Assembly (NCBI GenBank): GCA_965235115.1
Contig: OZ249436.1
Location: 3,350,001 to 3,414,000, forward strand
DNA: 64,000 nucleotides
Reading direction: 5' to 3'
Source: Laetmonice hystrix
Taxonomy: Eukaryota
Both the position numbers and the translations under genes were made by a program. Positions 36,901-50,700 of this stretch are shown one piece after another. The number at the start of each line of letters is the position of its first letter. Positions within the stretch are counted from its first letter, which is position 1. Under the pieces are notes generated by a model. That model ran no database searches, was not told where the DNA came from, and saw only the letters and a program-made list of their open reading frames with translations.

Positions 36901-39900
36901 GTAAGAAACAAACAAAGAAAGAGTACAGAGATTTGCAGGCAAGAAACACCAGGGTGCAGCGCAGCTCTACTGAAGCGGCGGCAGAGGCGGTGACTGCACT
37001 GCCATCTTCCGGCTACCGGTGGAATCACCACGTATACCTGGCCGGGCTGGCGGGCACCTATGGCTATTAGGTTAAAGCAATGAGAAGCGGAAAATGGCTC
37101 CATTTCTGATACGTCAAATTGAAACTACGCCCCCCAAAGTTCTTAGGCCAGATGTATAACTGTCAAACGTATAGGTCTCGTACGTTCGCTCCAGATATAT
37201 GGTTGTGATGTGTATACTTCCCATTTGAGGATCTTCTACAGATTTTAACATTAGATGCTCCTCGCCTGTACCTTTCATTTCCACTACCTTACTGTAGTGC
37301 TTGCATGGCTACTAGGCCAGTCGGTAAGATGCAGGGACTTCTCACTCTACTCGTTGGCCTCCCACACTGCTTGGCCTCACAGTGTACTGTTTGGCCTGAC
37401 TTTACTCTTTGGCCTCACTGTAGTGTTCGCTGGGGTGCTAGGCCAGCCAGTACCTTGTAGCAATTCCTCACTGTACCGTTGGCCTCCCTGTACCGTTTGC
37501 TTGTATACAACAGTAGCCAGTAATATAGGGACGCCTCATGTTTCATGTTTCCATGCCTTTATTGTCCAGGAGGCAGGCCATACGTTTCGTCTATTATCTA
37601 CTCCCATCTAATCTATGTCCCCTAGGACCATCTGTAAGCGTGCGAACACGTTGTCAGGTCGTCCCAATGACTGTTTGCCGTAAAGGTTTAGTTAACAATG
37701 GCAAATGACGTTGTACGCCTTTTCTATATCAGATATCCCATCCCCAAGTAAGAAACAAACAAAGAAAGAGTACAGAGATTTGCAGGCAAGAAACACCAGG
37801 GTGCAGCGCAGCTCTACTGAAGCGGCGGCAGAGGCGGTGACTGCACTGCCATCTTCCGGCTACCGGTGGAATCACCACGTATACCTGGCCGGGCTGGCGG
37901 GCACCTGTGGCTCTTAGGTTAAAGCAATGAGAAGCGAAAAATGGCTACATTTCTGATACGTCAAATTGAAACTACGCCCCCCAAAGTTATGATTCTTAGG
38001 CCAGATGTATAACTGTCAAACGTATAGGTCTCGTACGTTCGCTACAGATATATGGTTGTGATGTGTATACTTCCCATTTGAGTATCCTCTCCAGATTTTA
38101 ACATTAGATGCTCCTCGCCAGTACCTTTGATTTCCACTACCTCACTGTAGTGTTTGCATGGCTACTAGGCCAGTCGGTAAGATGTAGGGACTTCTCACTC
38201 TACTGGTTGGCCTCCCACACTGCTTGGCCTCACAGTGTACTGTTTGGCCTGACTTTACTCTTTGGCCTCACTGTAGTGTTCGCTGGGGTGCTATGCCAGC
38301 CAGTACCTTGTAGCGATTTCTCACTGTACCGTTTGTCCTCCCTGTACCGTTTGCTTGTACACAACAGTAGCCAGTAATATAGGGACGCCTCATGTTTCAT
38401 GTTTCCATGCCTTTATTGTCCAGGAGGCAGGCCATACGTTTCGTCTATTATCTACTCCCATCTAATCTATGTCCCCTAGGACCATCTGTAAGCGTGCGAA
38501 CACGTTGTCAGGTCGTCCCAATGACCGTTTGCCGTAAAGGTTTAGTTAACAATGGCAAATGACGTTGTACGTCTTTTCTATATCAGATGTCCCATCCCCA
38601 AGTAAGAAACAAAGAAAGAAAGAGTACAGAGATTTGCAGGCAAGAAACACCAGGGTGCAGCGCAGCTCTACTGAAGCGGCGGCAGAGGCGGTGACTGCAG
38701 TGCCATCTTCCGGCTACCGGTGGAATCACCACGTATACCTGGCCGGGCTGGCGGGCACCTGTGGCTCTTAGGTTAAAGCAATGAGAAGCGGAAAATGGCT
38801 ACATTTCTGATACGTCAAATTGAAACTACGCCCCCCAAAGTTATGATTCTTAGGCCAGATGTATAACTGTCAAACGTATAGGTCTCGTACGTTCGCTACA
38901 GATATATGGTTGTGATGTGTATACTTACCATTTGAGTATCTTCTCCAGATTTTACCATTAGATGCTCCTCGCCAGTACCTTTGATTTCCACTACCTCACT
39001 ATAGTGTTTGCATGGCTACTAGGCCAGTCGGTAAGATGTAGGGACTTCTCACTCTACTGGTTGGCCTCCCACACTGCTTGGCCTCACAGTGTACTGTTTG
39101 GCCTGACTTTACTCTTTGGCCTCACTGTAGTGTTCGCTGGGCTGCTAGGCCAGCCAGTACCTTGTAGCGATTTCTCACTGTACCGTTTGTCCTCCCTGTA
39201 CCGTTTGCTTGTACACAACAGTAGCCAGTAATATAGGGACGCCTCATGTTTCATGTTTCCATGCCTTTATTGTCCAGGAGGCAGGCCATACGTTTCATCT
39301 ATCATCTACTCCCATCTAATCTGTGTCCCCTAGAGACCATCTGTAAGCGTGCGACAACGTTGTCAGGTCGTCCCAATGACTGTTTGCCGTAGAAGTTTAG
39401 TTAACAATGGCAAATGACGTTGTACGCCTTTTCTATATCAGATATCCCATCCCCAAGTAAGAAACAAACAAAGAAAGAGTACAGAGATTTGCAGGCAAGA
39501 AACACCAGGGTGCAGCGCAGCTCTACTGAAGCGGCGGCAGAGGCGGTGACTGCACTGCCATCTTCCGGCTACCGGTGGAATCACCACGTATACCTGGCCG
39601 GGCTGGCGGGCACCTATGGCTATTAGGTTAAAGCAATGAGAAGCGGAAAATGGCTCCATTTCTGATACGTCAAATTGAAACTACGCCCCCCAAAGTTCTT
39701 AGGCCAGATGTATAACTGTCAAACGTATAGGTCTCGTACGTTCGCTCCAGATATATGGTTGTGATGTGTATACTTCCCATTTGAGGATCTTCTCCAGATT
39801 TTAACATTAGATGCTCCTCGCCAGTACCTTTGATTTCCACTACCTCACTGTAGTGTTTGCATGGCTACTAGGCCAGTCGGTAAGATGTAGGGACTTCTCA

Positions 39901-42900
39901 CTCTACTGGTTGGCCTCCCACACTGCTTGGCCTCACAGTGTACTGTTTGGCCTGACTTTACTCTTTGGCCTCACTGTAGTGTTCGCTGGGGTGCTATGCC
40001 AGCCAGTACCTTGTAGCGATTTCTCACTGTACCGTTTGTCCTCCCTGTACCGTTTGCTTGTACACAACAGTAGCCAGTAATATAGGGACGCCTTATGTTT
40101 CATGTTTCCATGCCTTTATTGTCCAGGAGGCAGGCCATACGTTTCGTCTATTATCTACTCCCATCTAATCTATGTCCCCTAGGACCATCTGTAAGCGTGC
40201 GAACACGTTGTCAGGTCGTCCCAATGACTGTTTGCCGTAAAGGTTTAGTTAACAATGGCAAATGACGTTGTACGCCTTTTCTATATCAGATATCTCATCC
40301 CCAAGTAAGAAACAAACAAAGAAAGAGTACAGAGATTTGCAGGCAAGAAACACCAGGGTGCAGCGCAGCTCTACTGAAGCGGCGGCAGAGGCGGTGACTG
40401 CACTGCCATCTTCCGGCTACCGGTGGAATCACCACGTATACCTGGCCGGGCTGGCGGGCACCTGTGGCTCTTAGGTTAAAGCAATGAGAAGCGGAAAATG
40501 GCTACATTTCTGATACGTCAAATTGAAACTACGCCCCCCAAAGTTATGATTCTTAGGCCAGATGTATAACTGTCAAACGTATAGGTCTCGTACGTTCGCT
40601 ACAGATATATGGTTGTGATGTGTATACTTACCATTTGAGTATCTTCTCCAGATTTTACCATTAGATGCTCCTCGCCAGTACCTTTGATTTCCACTACCTC
40701 ACTATAGTGTTTGCATGGCTACTAGGCCAGTCGGTAAGATGTAGGGACTTCTCACTCTACTGGTTGGCCTCCCACACTGCTTGGCCTCACAGTGTACTGT
40801 TTGGCCTGACTTTACTCTTTGGCCTCACTGTAGTGTTCGCTGGGCTGCTAGGCCAGCCAGTACCTTGTAGCGATTTCTCACTGTACCGTTTGTCCTCCCT
40901 GTACCGTTTGCTTGTACACAACAGTAGCCAGTAATATAGGGACGCCTCATGTTTCATGTTTCCATGCCTTTATTGTCCAGGAGGCAGGCCATACGTTTCA
41001 TCTATCATCTACTCCCATCTAATCTGTGTCCCCTAGAGACCATCTGTAAGCGTGCGACAACGTTGTCAGGTCGTCCCAATGACTGTTTGCCGTAGAAGTT
41101 TAGTTAACAATGGCAAATGACGTTGTACGCTTTTTCTATATCAGATATCCCATCCCCAAGTAAGAAACAAACAAAGAAAGAGTACAGAGATTTGCAGGCA
41201 AGAAACACCAGGGTGCAGCGCAGCTCTACTGAAGCGGCGGCAGAGGCGGTGACTGCACTGCCATCTTCCGGCTACCGGTGGAATCACCACGTATACCTGG
41301 CCGGGCTGGCGGGCACCTATGGCTATTAGGTTAAAGCAATGAGAAGCGGAAAATGGCTACATTTCTGATACGTCAAATTGAAACTACGCCCCCCAAAGTT
41401 ATGATTCTTAGGCCAGATGTATAACTGTCAAACGTATAGGTCTCGTACGGTCGCTACAGATATATGGTTGTGATGTGTATACTTCCCATTTGAGTATCTT
41501 CTCCAGATTTTAACATTAGATGCTCCTCGCCAGTACCTTTGATTTCCACTACCTCACTGTAGTGTTTGCATGGCTACTAGGCCAGTCGGTAAGATGTAGG
41601 GACTTCTCACTCTACTGGTTGGCCTCCCACACTGCTTGGCCTCACAGTGTACTGTTTGGCCTGACTTTACTCTTTGGCCTCACTGTAGTGTTCGCTGGGG
41701 TGCTAGGCCAGCCAGTACCTTGTAGCAATTCCTCACTGTACCGTTGGCCTCCCTGTACCGTTTGCTTGTATACAACAGTAGCCAGTAATATAGGGACGCC
41801 TCATGTTTCATGTTTCCATGCCTTTATTGTCCAGGAGGCAGGCCATACGTTTCGTCTATTATCTACTCCCATCTAATCTATGTCCCCTAGGACCATCTGT
41901 AAGCGTGCGAGCACGTTGTCAGGTCGTCCCAATGACCGTTTGCCGTAAAGGTTTAGTTAACAATGGCAAATGACGTTGTACGTCTTTTCTATATCAGATG
42001 TCCCATCCCCAAGTAAGAAACAAAGAAAGAAAGAGTACAGAGATTTGCAGGCAAGAAACACCAGGGTGCAGCGCAGCTCTACTGAAGCGGCGGCAGAGGC
42101 GGTGACTGCACTGCCATCTTCCGGCTACCGGTGGAATCACCACGTATACCTGGCCGGGCTGGCGGGCACCTGTGGCTCTTAGGTTAAAGCAATGAGAAGC
42201 GGAAAATGGCTACATTTCTGATACGTCAAATTGAAACTACGCCCCCCAAAGTTATGATTCTTAGGCCAGATGTATAACTGTCAAACGTATAGGTCTCGTA
42301 CGTTCGCTACAGATATATGGTTGTGATGTGTATACTTACCATTTGAGTATCTTCTCCAGATTTTACCATTAGATGCTCCTCGCCAGTACCTTTGATTTCC
42401 ACTACCTCACTATAGTGTTTGCATGGCTACTAGGCCAGTCGGTAAGATGTAGGGACTTCTCACTCTACTGGTTGGCCTCCCACACTGCTTGGCCTCACAG
42501 TGTACTGTTTGGCCTGACTTTACTCTTTGGCCTCACTGTAGTGTTCGCTGGGCTGCTAGGCCAGCCAGTACCTTGTAGCGATTTCTCACTGTACCGTTTG
42601 TCCTCCCTGTACCGTTTGCTTGTACACAACAGTAGCCAGTAATATAGGGACGCCTCATGTTTCATGTTTCCATGCCTTTATTGTCCAGGAGGCAGGCCAT
42701 ACGTTTCATCTATCATCTACTCCCATCTAATCTGTGTCCCCTAGAGACCATCTGTAAGCGTGCGACAACGTTGTCAGGTCGTCCCAATGACTGTTTGCCG
42801 TAGAAGTTTAGTTAACAATGGCAAATGACGTTGTACGCCTTTTCTATATCAGATATCCCATCCCCAAGTAAGAAACAAACAAAGAAAGAGTACAGAGATT

Positions 42901-45900
42901 TGCAGGCAAGAAACACCAGGGTGCAGCGCAGCTCTACTGAAGCGGCGGCAGAGGCGGTGACTGCACTGCCATCTTCCGGCTACCGGTGGAATCACCACGT
43001 ATACCTGGCCGGGCTGGCGGGCACCTATGGCTATTAGGTTAAAGCAATGAGAAGCGAAAAATGGCTACATTTCTGATACGTCAAATTGAAACTACGCCCC
43101 CCAAAGTTATGATTCTTAGGCCAGATGTATAACTGTCAAACGTATAGGTCTCGTACGTTCGCTACAGATATATGGTTGTGATGTGTATACTTCCCATTTG
43201 AGTATCTTCTCCAGATTTTAACATTAGATGCTCCTCGCCAGTACCTTTGATTTCCACTACCTCACTGTAGTGTTTGCATGGCTACTAGGCCAGTCGGTAA
43301 GATGTAGGGACTTCTCACTCTACTGGTTGGCCTCCCACACTGCTTGGCCTCACAGTGTACTGTTTGGCCTGACTTTACTCTTTGGCCTCACTGTAGTGTT
43401 CGCTGGGGTGCTATGCCAGCCAGTACCTTGTAGCGATTTTTCACTGTACCGTTGGCCTCCCTGTACCGTTTGCTTGTACACAACAGTAGCCAGTAATATA
43501 GGGACGCCTCATGTTTCATGTTTCCATGCCTTTATTGTCCAGGAGGCAGGCCATACGTTTCATCTATCATCTACTCCCATCTAATCTGTGTCCCCTAGAG
43601 ACCATCTATAAGCGTGCGACAACGTTGTCAGGTCGTCCCAATGACTGTTTGCCGTAGAAGTTTAGTTAACAATGGCAAATGACGTTGTACGCTTTTTCTA
43701 TATCAGATATCCCATCCCCAAGTAAGAAACAAACAAAGAAAGAGTACAGAGATTTGCAGGCAAGAAACACCAGGGTGCAGCGCAGCTCTACTGAAGCGGC
43801 GGCAGAGGCGGTGACTGCACTGCCATCTTCCGGCTACCGGTGGAATCACCACGTATACCTGGCCGGGCTGGCGGGCACCTATGGCTATTAGGTTAAAGCA
43901 ATGAGAAGCGAAAAATGGCTACATTTCTGATACGTCAAATTGAAACTACGCCCCCCAAAGTTATGATTCTTAGGCCAGATGTATAACTGTCAAACGTATA
44001 GGTCTCGTACGTTCGCTACAGATATATGGTTGTGATGTGTATACTTCCCATTTGAGTATCTTCTCCAGATTTTAACATTAGATGCTCCTCGCCAGTACCT
44101 TTGATTTCCACTACCTCACTGTAGTGTTTGCATGGCTACTAGGCCAGTCGGTAAGATGTAGGGACTTCTCACTCTACTGGTTGGCCTCCCACACTGCTTG
44201 GCCTCACAGTGTACTGTTTGGCCTGACTTTACTCTTTGGCCTCACTGTAGTGTTCGCTGGGGTGCTATGCCAGCCAGTACCTTGTAGCGATTTCTCACTG
44301 TACCGTTTGTCCTCCCTGTACCGTTTGCTTGTACACAACAGTAGCCAGTAATATAGGGACGCCTCATGTTTCATGTTTCCATGCCTTTATTGTCCAGGAG
44401 GCAGGCCATACGTTTCGTCTATTATCTACTCCCATCTAATCTATGTCCCCTAGGACCATCTGTAAGCGTGCGAACACGTTGTCAGGTCGTCCCAATGACT
44501 GTTTGCCGTAAAGGTTTAGTTAACAATGGCAAATGACGTTGTACGCCTTTTCTATATCAGATATCTCATCCCCAAGTAAGAAACAAACAAAGAAAGAGTA
44601 CAGAGATTTGCAGGCAAGAAACACCAGGGTGCAGCGCAGCTCTACTGAAGCGGCGGCAGAGGCGGTGACTGCACTGCCATCTTCCGGCTACCGGTGGAAT
44701 CACCACGTATACCTGGCCGGGCTGGCGGGCACCTATGGCTATTAGGTTAAAGCAATGAGAAGCGGAAAATGGCTCCATTTCTGATACGTCAAATTGAAAC
44801 TACGCCCCCCAAAGTTCTTAGGCCAGATGTATAACTGTCAAACGTATAGGTCTCGTACGTTCGCTCCAGATATATGGTTGTGATGTGTATACTTCCCATT
44901 TGAGGATCTTCTACAGATTTTAACATTAGATGCTCCTCGCCTGTACCTTTCATTTCCACTACCTTACTGTAGTGCTTGCATGGCTACTAGGCCAGTCGGT
45001 AAGATGCAGGGACTTCTCACTCTACTCGTTGGCCTCCCACACTGCTTGGCCTCACAGTGTACTGTTTGGCCTGACTTTACTCTTTGGCCTCACTGTAGTG
45101 TTCGCTGGGGTGCTAGGCCAGCCAGTACCTTGTAGCAATTCCTCACTGTACCGTTGGCCTCCCTGTACCGTTTGCTTGTATACAACAGTAGCCAGTAATA
45201 TAGGGACGCCTCATGTTTCATGTTTCCATGCCTTTATTGTCCAGGAGGCAGGCCATACGTTTCGTCTATTATCTACTCCCATCTAATCTATGTCCCCTAG
45301 GACCATCTGTAAGCGTGCGAACACGTTGTCAGGTCGTCCCAATGACTGTTTGCCGTAAAGGTTTAGTTAACAATGGCAAATGACGTTGTACGCCTTTTCT
45401 ATATCAGATATCCCATCCCCAAGTAAGAAACAAACAAAGAAAGAGTACAGAGATTTGCAGGCAAGAAACACCAGGGTGCAGCGCAGCTCTACTGAAGCGG
45501 CGGCAGAGGCGGTGACTGCACTGCCATCTTCCGGCTACCGGTGGAATCACCACGTATACCTGGCCGGGCTGGCGGGCACCTGTGGCTCTTAGGTTAAAGC
45601 AATGAGAAGCGAAAAATGGCTACATTTCTGATACGTCAAATTGAAACTACGCCCCCCAAAGTTATGATTCTTAGGCCAGATGTATAACTGTCAAACGTAT
45701 AGGTCTCGTACGTTCGCTACAGATATATGGTTGTGATGTGTATACTTCCCATTTGAGTATCCTCTCCAGATTTTAACATTAGATGCTCCTCGCCAGTACC
45801 TTTGATTTCCACTACCTCACTGTAGTGTTTGCATGGCTACTAGGCCAGTCGGTAAGATGTAGGGACTTCTCACTCTACTGGTTGGCCTCCCACACTGCTT

Positions 45901-48900
45901 GGCCTCACAGTGTACTGTTTGGCCTGACTTTACTCTTTGGCCTCACTGTAGTGTTCGCTGGGGTGCTATGCCAGCCAGTACCTTGTAGCGATTTCTCACT
46001 GTACCGTTTGTCCTCCCTGTACCGTTTGCTTGTACACAACAGTAGCCAGTAATATAGGGACGCCTCATGTTTCATGTTTCCATGCCTTTATTGTCCAGGA
46101 GGCAGGCCATACGTTTCGTCTATTATCTACTCCCATCTAATCTATGTCCCCTAGGACCATCTGTAAGCGTGCGAACACGTTGTCAGGTCGTCCCAATGAC
46201 CGTTTGCCGTAAAGGTTTAGTTAACAATGGCAAATGACGTTGTACGTCTTTTCTATATCAGATGTCCCATCCCCAAGTAAGAAACAAAGAAAGAAAGAGT
46301 ACAGAGATTTGCAGGCAAGAAACACCAGGGTGCAGCGCAGCTCTACTGAAGCGGCGGCAGAGGCGGTGACTGCAGTGCCATCTTCCGGCTACCGGTGGAA
46401 TCACCACGTATACCTGGCCGGGCTGGCGGGCACCTGTGGCTCTTAGGTTAAAGCAATGAGAAGCGGAAAATGGCTACATTTCTGATACGTCAAATTGAAA
46501 CTACGCCCCCCAAAGTTATGATTCTTAGGCCAGATGTATAACTGTCAAACGTATAGGTCTCGTACGTTCGCTACAGATATATGGTTGTGATGTGTATACT
46601 TACCATTTGAGTATCTTCTCCAGATTTTACCATTAGATGCTCCTCGCCAGTACCTTTGATTTCCACTACCTCACTATAGTGTTTGCATGGCTACTAGGCC
46701 AGTCGGTAAGATGTAGGGACTTCTCACTCTACTGGTTGGCCTCCCACACTGCTTGGCCTCACAGTGTACTGTTTGGCCTGACTTTACTCTTTGGCCTCAC
46801 TGTAGTGTTCGCTGGGCTGCTAGGCCAGCCAGTACCTTGTAGCGATTTCTCACTGTACCGTTTGTCCTCCCTGTACCGTTTGCTTGTACACAACAGTAGC
46901 CAGTAATATAGGGACGCCTCATGTTTCATGTTTCCATGCCTTTATTGTCCAGGAGGCAGGCCATACGTTTCATCTATCATCTACTCCCATCTAATCTGTG
47001 TCCCCTAGAGACCATCTGTAAGCGTGCGACAACGTTGTCAGGTCGTCCCAATGACTGTTTGCCGTAGAAGTTTAGTTAACAATGGCAAATGACGTTGTAC
47101 GCCTTTTCTATATCAGATATCCCATCCCCAAGTAAGAAACAAACAAAGAAAGAGTACAGAGATTTGCAGGCAAGAAACACCAGGGTGCAGCGCAGCTCTA
47201 CTGAAGCGGCGGCAGAGGCGGTGACTGCACTGCCATCTTCCGGCTACCGGTGGAATCACCACGTATACCTGGCCGGGCTGGCGGGCACCTATGGCTATTA
47301 GGTTAAAGCAATGAGAAGCGGAAAATGGCTCCATTTCTGATACGTCAAATTGAAACTACGCCCCCCAAAGTTCTTAGGCCAGATGTATAACTGTCAAACG
47401 TATAGGTCTCGTACGTTCGCTCCAGATATATGGTTGTGATGTGTATACTTCCCATTTGAGGATCTTCTCCAGATTTTAACATTAGATGCTCCTCGCCAGT
47501 ACCTTTGATTTCCACTACCTCACTGTAGTGTTTGCATGGCTACTAGGCCAGTCGGTAAGATGTAGGGACTTCTCACTCTACTGGTTGGCCTCCCACACTG
47601 CTTGGCCTCACAGTGTACTGTTTGGCCTGACTTTACTCTTTGGCCTCACTGTAGTGTTCGCTGGGGTGCTATGCCAGCCAGTACCTTGTAGCGATTTCTC
47701 ACTGTACCGTTTGTCCTCCCTGTACCGTTTGCTTGTACACAACAGTAGCCAGTAATATAGGGACGCCTTATGTTTCATGTTTCCATGCCTTTATTGTCCA
47801 GGAGGCAGGCCATACGTTTCGTCTATTATCTACTCCCATCTAATCTATGTCCCCTAGGACCATCTGTAAGCGTGCGAACACGTTGTCAGGTCGTCCCAAT
47901 GACTGTTTGCCGTAAAGGTTTAGTTAACAATGGCAAATGACGTTGTACGCCTTTTCTATATCAGATATCTCATCCCCAAGTAAGAAACAAACAAAGAAAG
48001 AGTACAGAGATTTGCAGGCAAGAAACACCAGGGTGCAGCGCAGCTCTACTGAAGCGGCGGCAGAGGCGGTGACTGCACTGCCATCTTCCGGCTACCGGTG
48101 GAATCACCACGTATACCTGGCCGGGCTGGCGGGCACCTGTGGCTCTTAGGTTAAAGCAATGAGAAGCGGAAAATGGCTACATTTCTGATACGTCAAATTG
48201 AAACTACGCCCCCCAAAGTTATGATTCTTAGGCCAGATGTATAACTGTCAAACGTATAGGTCTCGTACGTTCGCTACAGATATATGGTTGTGATGTGTAT
48301 ACTTACCATTTGAGTATCTTCTCCAGATTTTACCATTAGATGCTCCTCGCCAGTACCTTTGATTTCCACTACCTCACTATAGTGTTTGCATGGCTACTAG
48401 GCCAGTCGGTAAGATGTAGGGACTTCTCACTCTACTGGTTGGCCTCCCACACTGCTTGGCCTCACAGTGTACTGTTTGGCCTGACTTTACTCTTTGGCCT
48501 CACTGTAGTGTTCGCTGGGCTGCTAGGCCAGCCAGTACCTTGTAGCGATTTCTCACTGTACCGTTTGTCCTCCCTGTACCGTTTGCTTGTACACAACAGT
48601 AGCCAGTAATATAGGGACGCCTCATGTTTCATGTTTCCATGCCTTTATTGTCCAGGAGGCAGGCCATACGTTTCATCTATCATCTACTCCCATCTAATCT
48701 GTGTCCCCTAGAGACCATCTGTAAGCGTGCGACAACGTTGTCAGGTCGTCCCAATGACTGTTTGCCGTAGAAGTTTAGTTAACAATGGCAAATGACGTTG
48801 TACGCTTTTTCTATATCAGATATCCCATCCCCAAGTAAGAAACAAACAAAGAAAGAGTACAGAGATTTGCAGGCAAGAAACACCAGGGTGCAGCGCAGCT

Positions 48901-50700
48901 CTACTGAAGCGGCGGCAGAGGCGGTGACTGCACTGCCATCTTCCGGCTACCGGTGGAATCACCACGTATACCTGGCCGGGCTGGCGGGCACCTATGGCTA
49001 TTAGGTTAAAGCAATGAGAAGCGGAAAATGGCTACATTTCTGATACGTCAAATTGAAACTACGCCCCCCAAAGTTATGATTCTTAGGCCAGATGTATAAC
49101 TGTCAAACGTATAGGTCTCGTACGGTCGCTACAGATATATGGTTGTGATGTGTATACTTCCCATTTGAGTATCTTCTCCAGATTTTAACATTAGATGCTC
49201 CTCGCCAGTACCTTTGATTTCCACTACCTCACTGTAGTGTTTGCATGGCTACTAGGCCAGTCGGTAAGATGTAGGGACTTCTCACTCTACTGGTTGGCCT
49301 CCCACACTGCTTGGCCTCACAGTGTACTGTTTGGCCTGACTTTACTCTTTGGCCTCACTGTAGTGTTCGCTGGGGTGCTAGGCCAGCCAGTACCTTGTAG
49401 CAATTCCTCACTGTACCGTTGGCCTCCCTGTACCGTTTGCTTGTATACAACAGTAGCCAGTAATATAGGGACGCCTCATGTTTCATGTTTCCATGCCTTT
49501 ATTGTCCAGGAGGCAGGCCATACGTTTCGTCTATTATCTACTCCCATCTAATCTATGTCCCCTAGGACCATCTGTAAGCGTGCGAGCACGTTGTCAGGTC
49601 GTCCCAATGACCGTTTGCCGTAAAGGTTTAGTTAACAATGGCAAATGACGTTGTACGTCTTTTCTATATCAGATGTCCCATCCCCAAGTAAGAAACAAAG
49701 AAAGAAAGAGTACAGAGATTTGCAGGCAAGAAACACCAGGGTGCAGCGCAGCTCTACTGAAGCGGCGGCAGAGGCGGTGACTGCACTGCCATCTTCCGGC
49801 TACCGGTGGAATCACCACGTATACCTGGCCGGGCTGGCGGGCACCTGTGGCTCTTAGGTTAAAGCAATGAGAAGCGGAAAATGGCTACATTTCTGATACG
49901 TCAAATTGAAACTACGCCCCCCAAAGTTATGATTCTTAGGCCAGATGTATAACTGTCAAACGTATAGGTCTCGTACGTTCGCTACAGATATATGGTTGTG
50001 ATGTGTATACTTACCATTTGAGTATCTTCTCCAGATTTTACCATTAGATGCTCCTCGCCAGTACCTTTGATTTCCACTACCTCACTATAGTGTTTGCATG
50101 GCTACTAGGCCAGTCGGTAAGATGTAGGGACTTCTCACTCTACTGGTTGGCCTCCCACACTGCTTGGCCTCACAGTGTACTGTTTGGCCTGACTTTACTC
50201 TTTGGCCTCACTGTAGTGTTCGCTGGGCTGCTAGGCCAGCCAGTACCTTGTAGCGATTTCTCACTGTACCGTTTGTCCTCCCTGTACCGTTTGCTTGTAC
50301 ACAACAGTAGCCAGTAATATAGGGACGCCTCATGTTTCATGTTTCCATGCCTTTATTGTCCAGGAGGCAGGCCATACGTTTCATCTATCATCTACTCCCA
50401 TCTAATCTGTGTCCCCTAGAGACCATCTGTAAGCGTGCGACAACGTTGTCAGGTCGTCCCAATGACTGTTTGCCGTAGAAGTTTAGTTAACAATGGCAAA
50501 TGACGTTGTACGCCTTTTCTATATCAGATATCCCATCCCCAAGTAAGAAACAAACAAAGAAAGAGTACAGAGATTTGCAGGCAAGAAACACCAGGGTGCA
50601 GCGCAGCTCTACTGAAGCGGCGGCAGAGGCGGTGACTGCACTGCCATCTTCCGGCTACCGGTGGAATCACCACGTATACCTGGCCGGGCTGGCGGGCACC
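35200..50700. repeat. Higher-order tandem 9-mer duplication, offset 7675 bp
   Basis: Rare variants recur at +7675: ACTGCAGT (38694/46369), GTATCCTCTCC (38082/45757), GCCTTATG (40090/47765), ACCATCTATA (35926/43601), GCGAGCACG (41907/49582). The series of unit spacings is identical in both copies. Confidence 0.93.
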
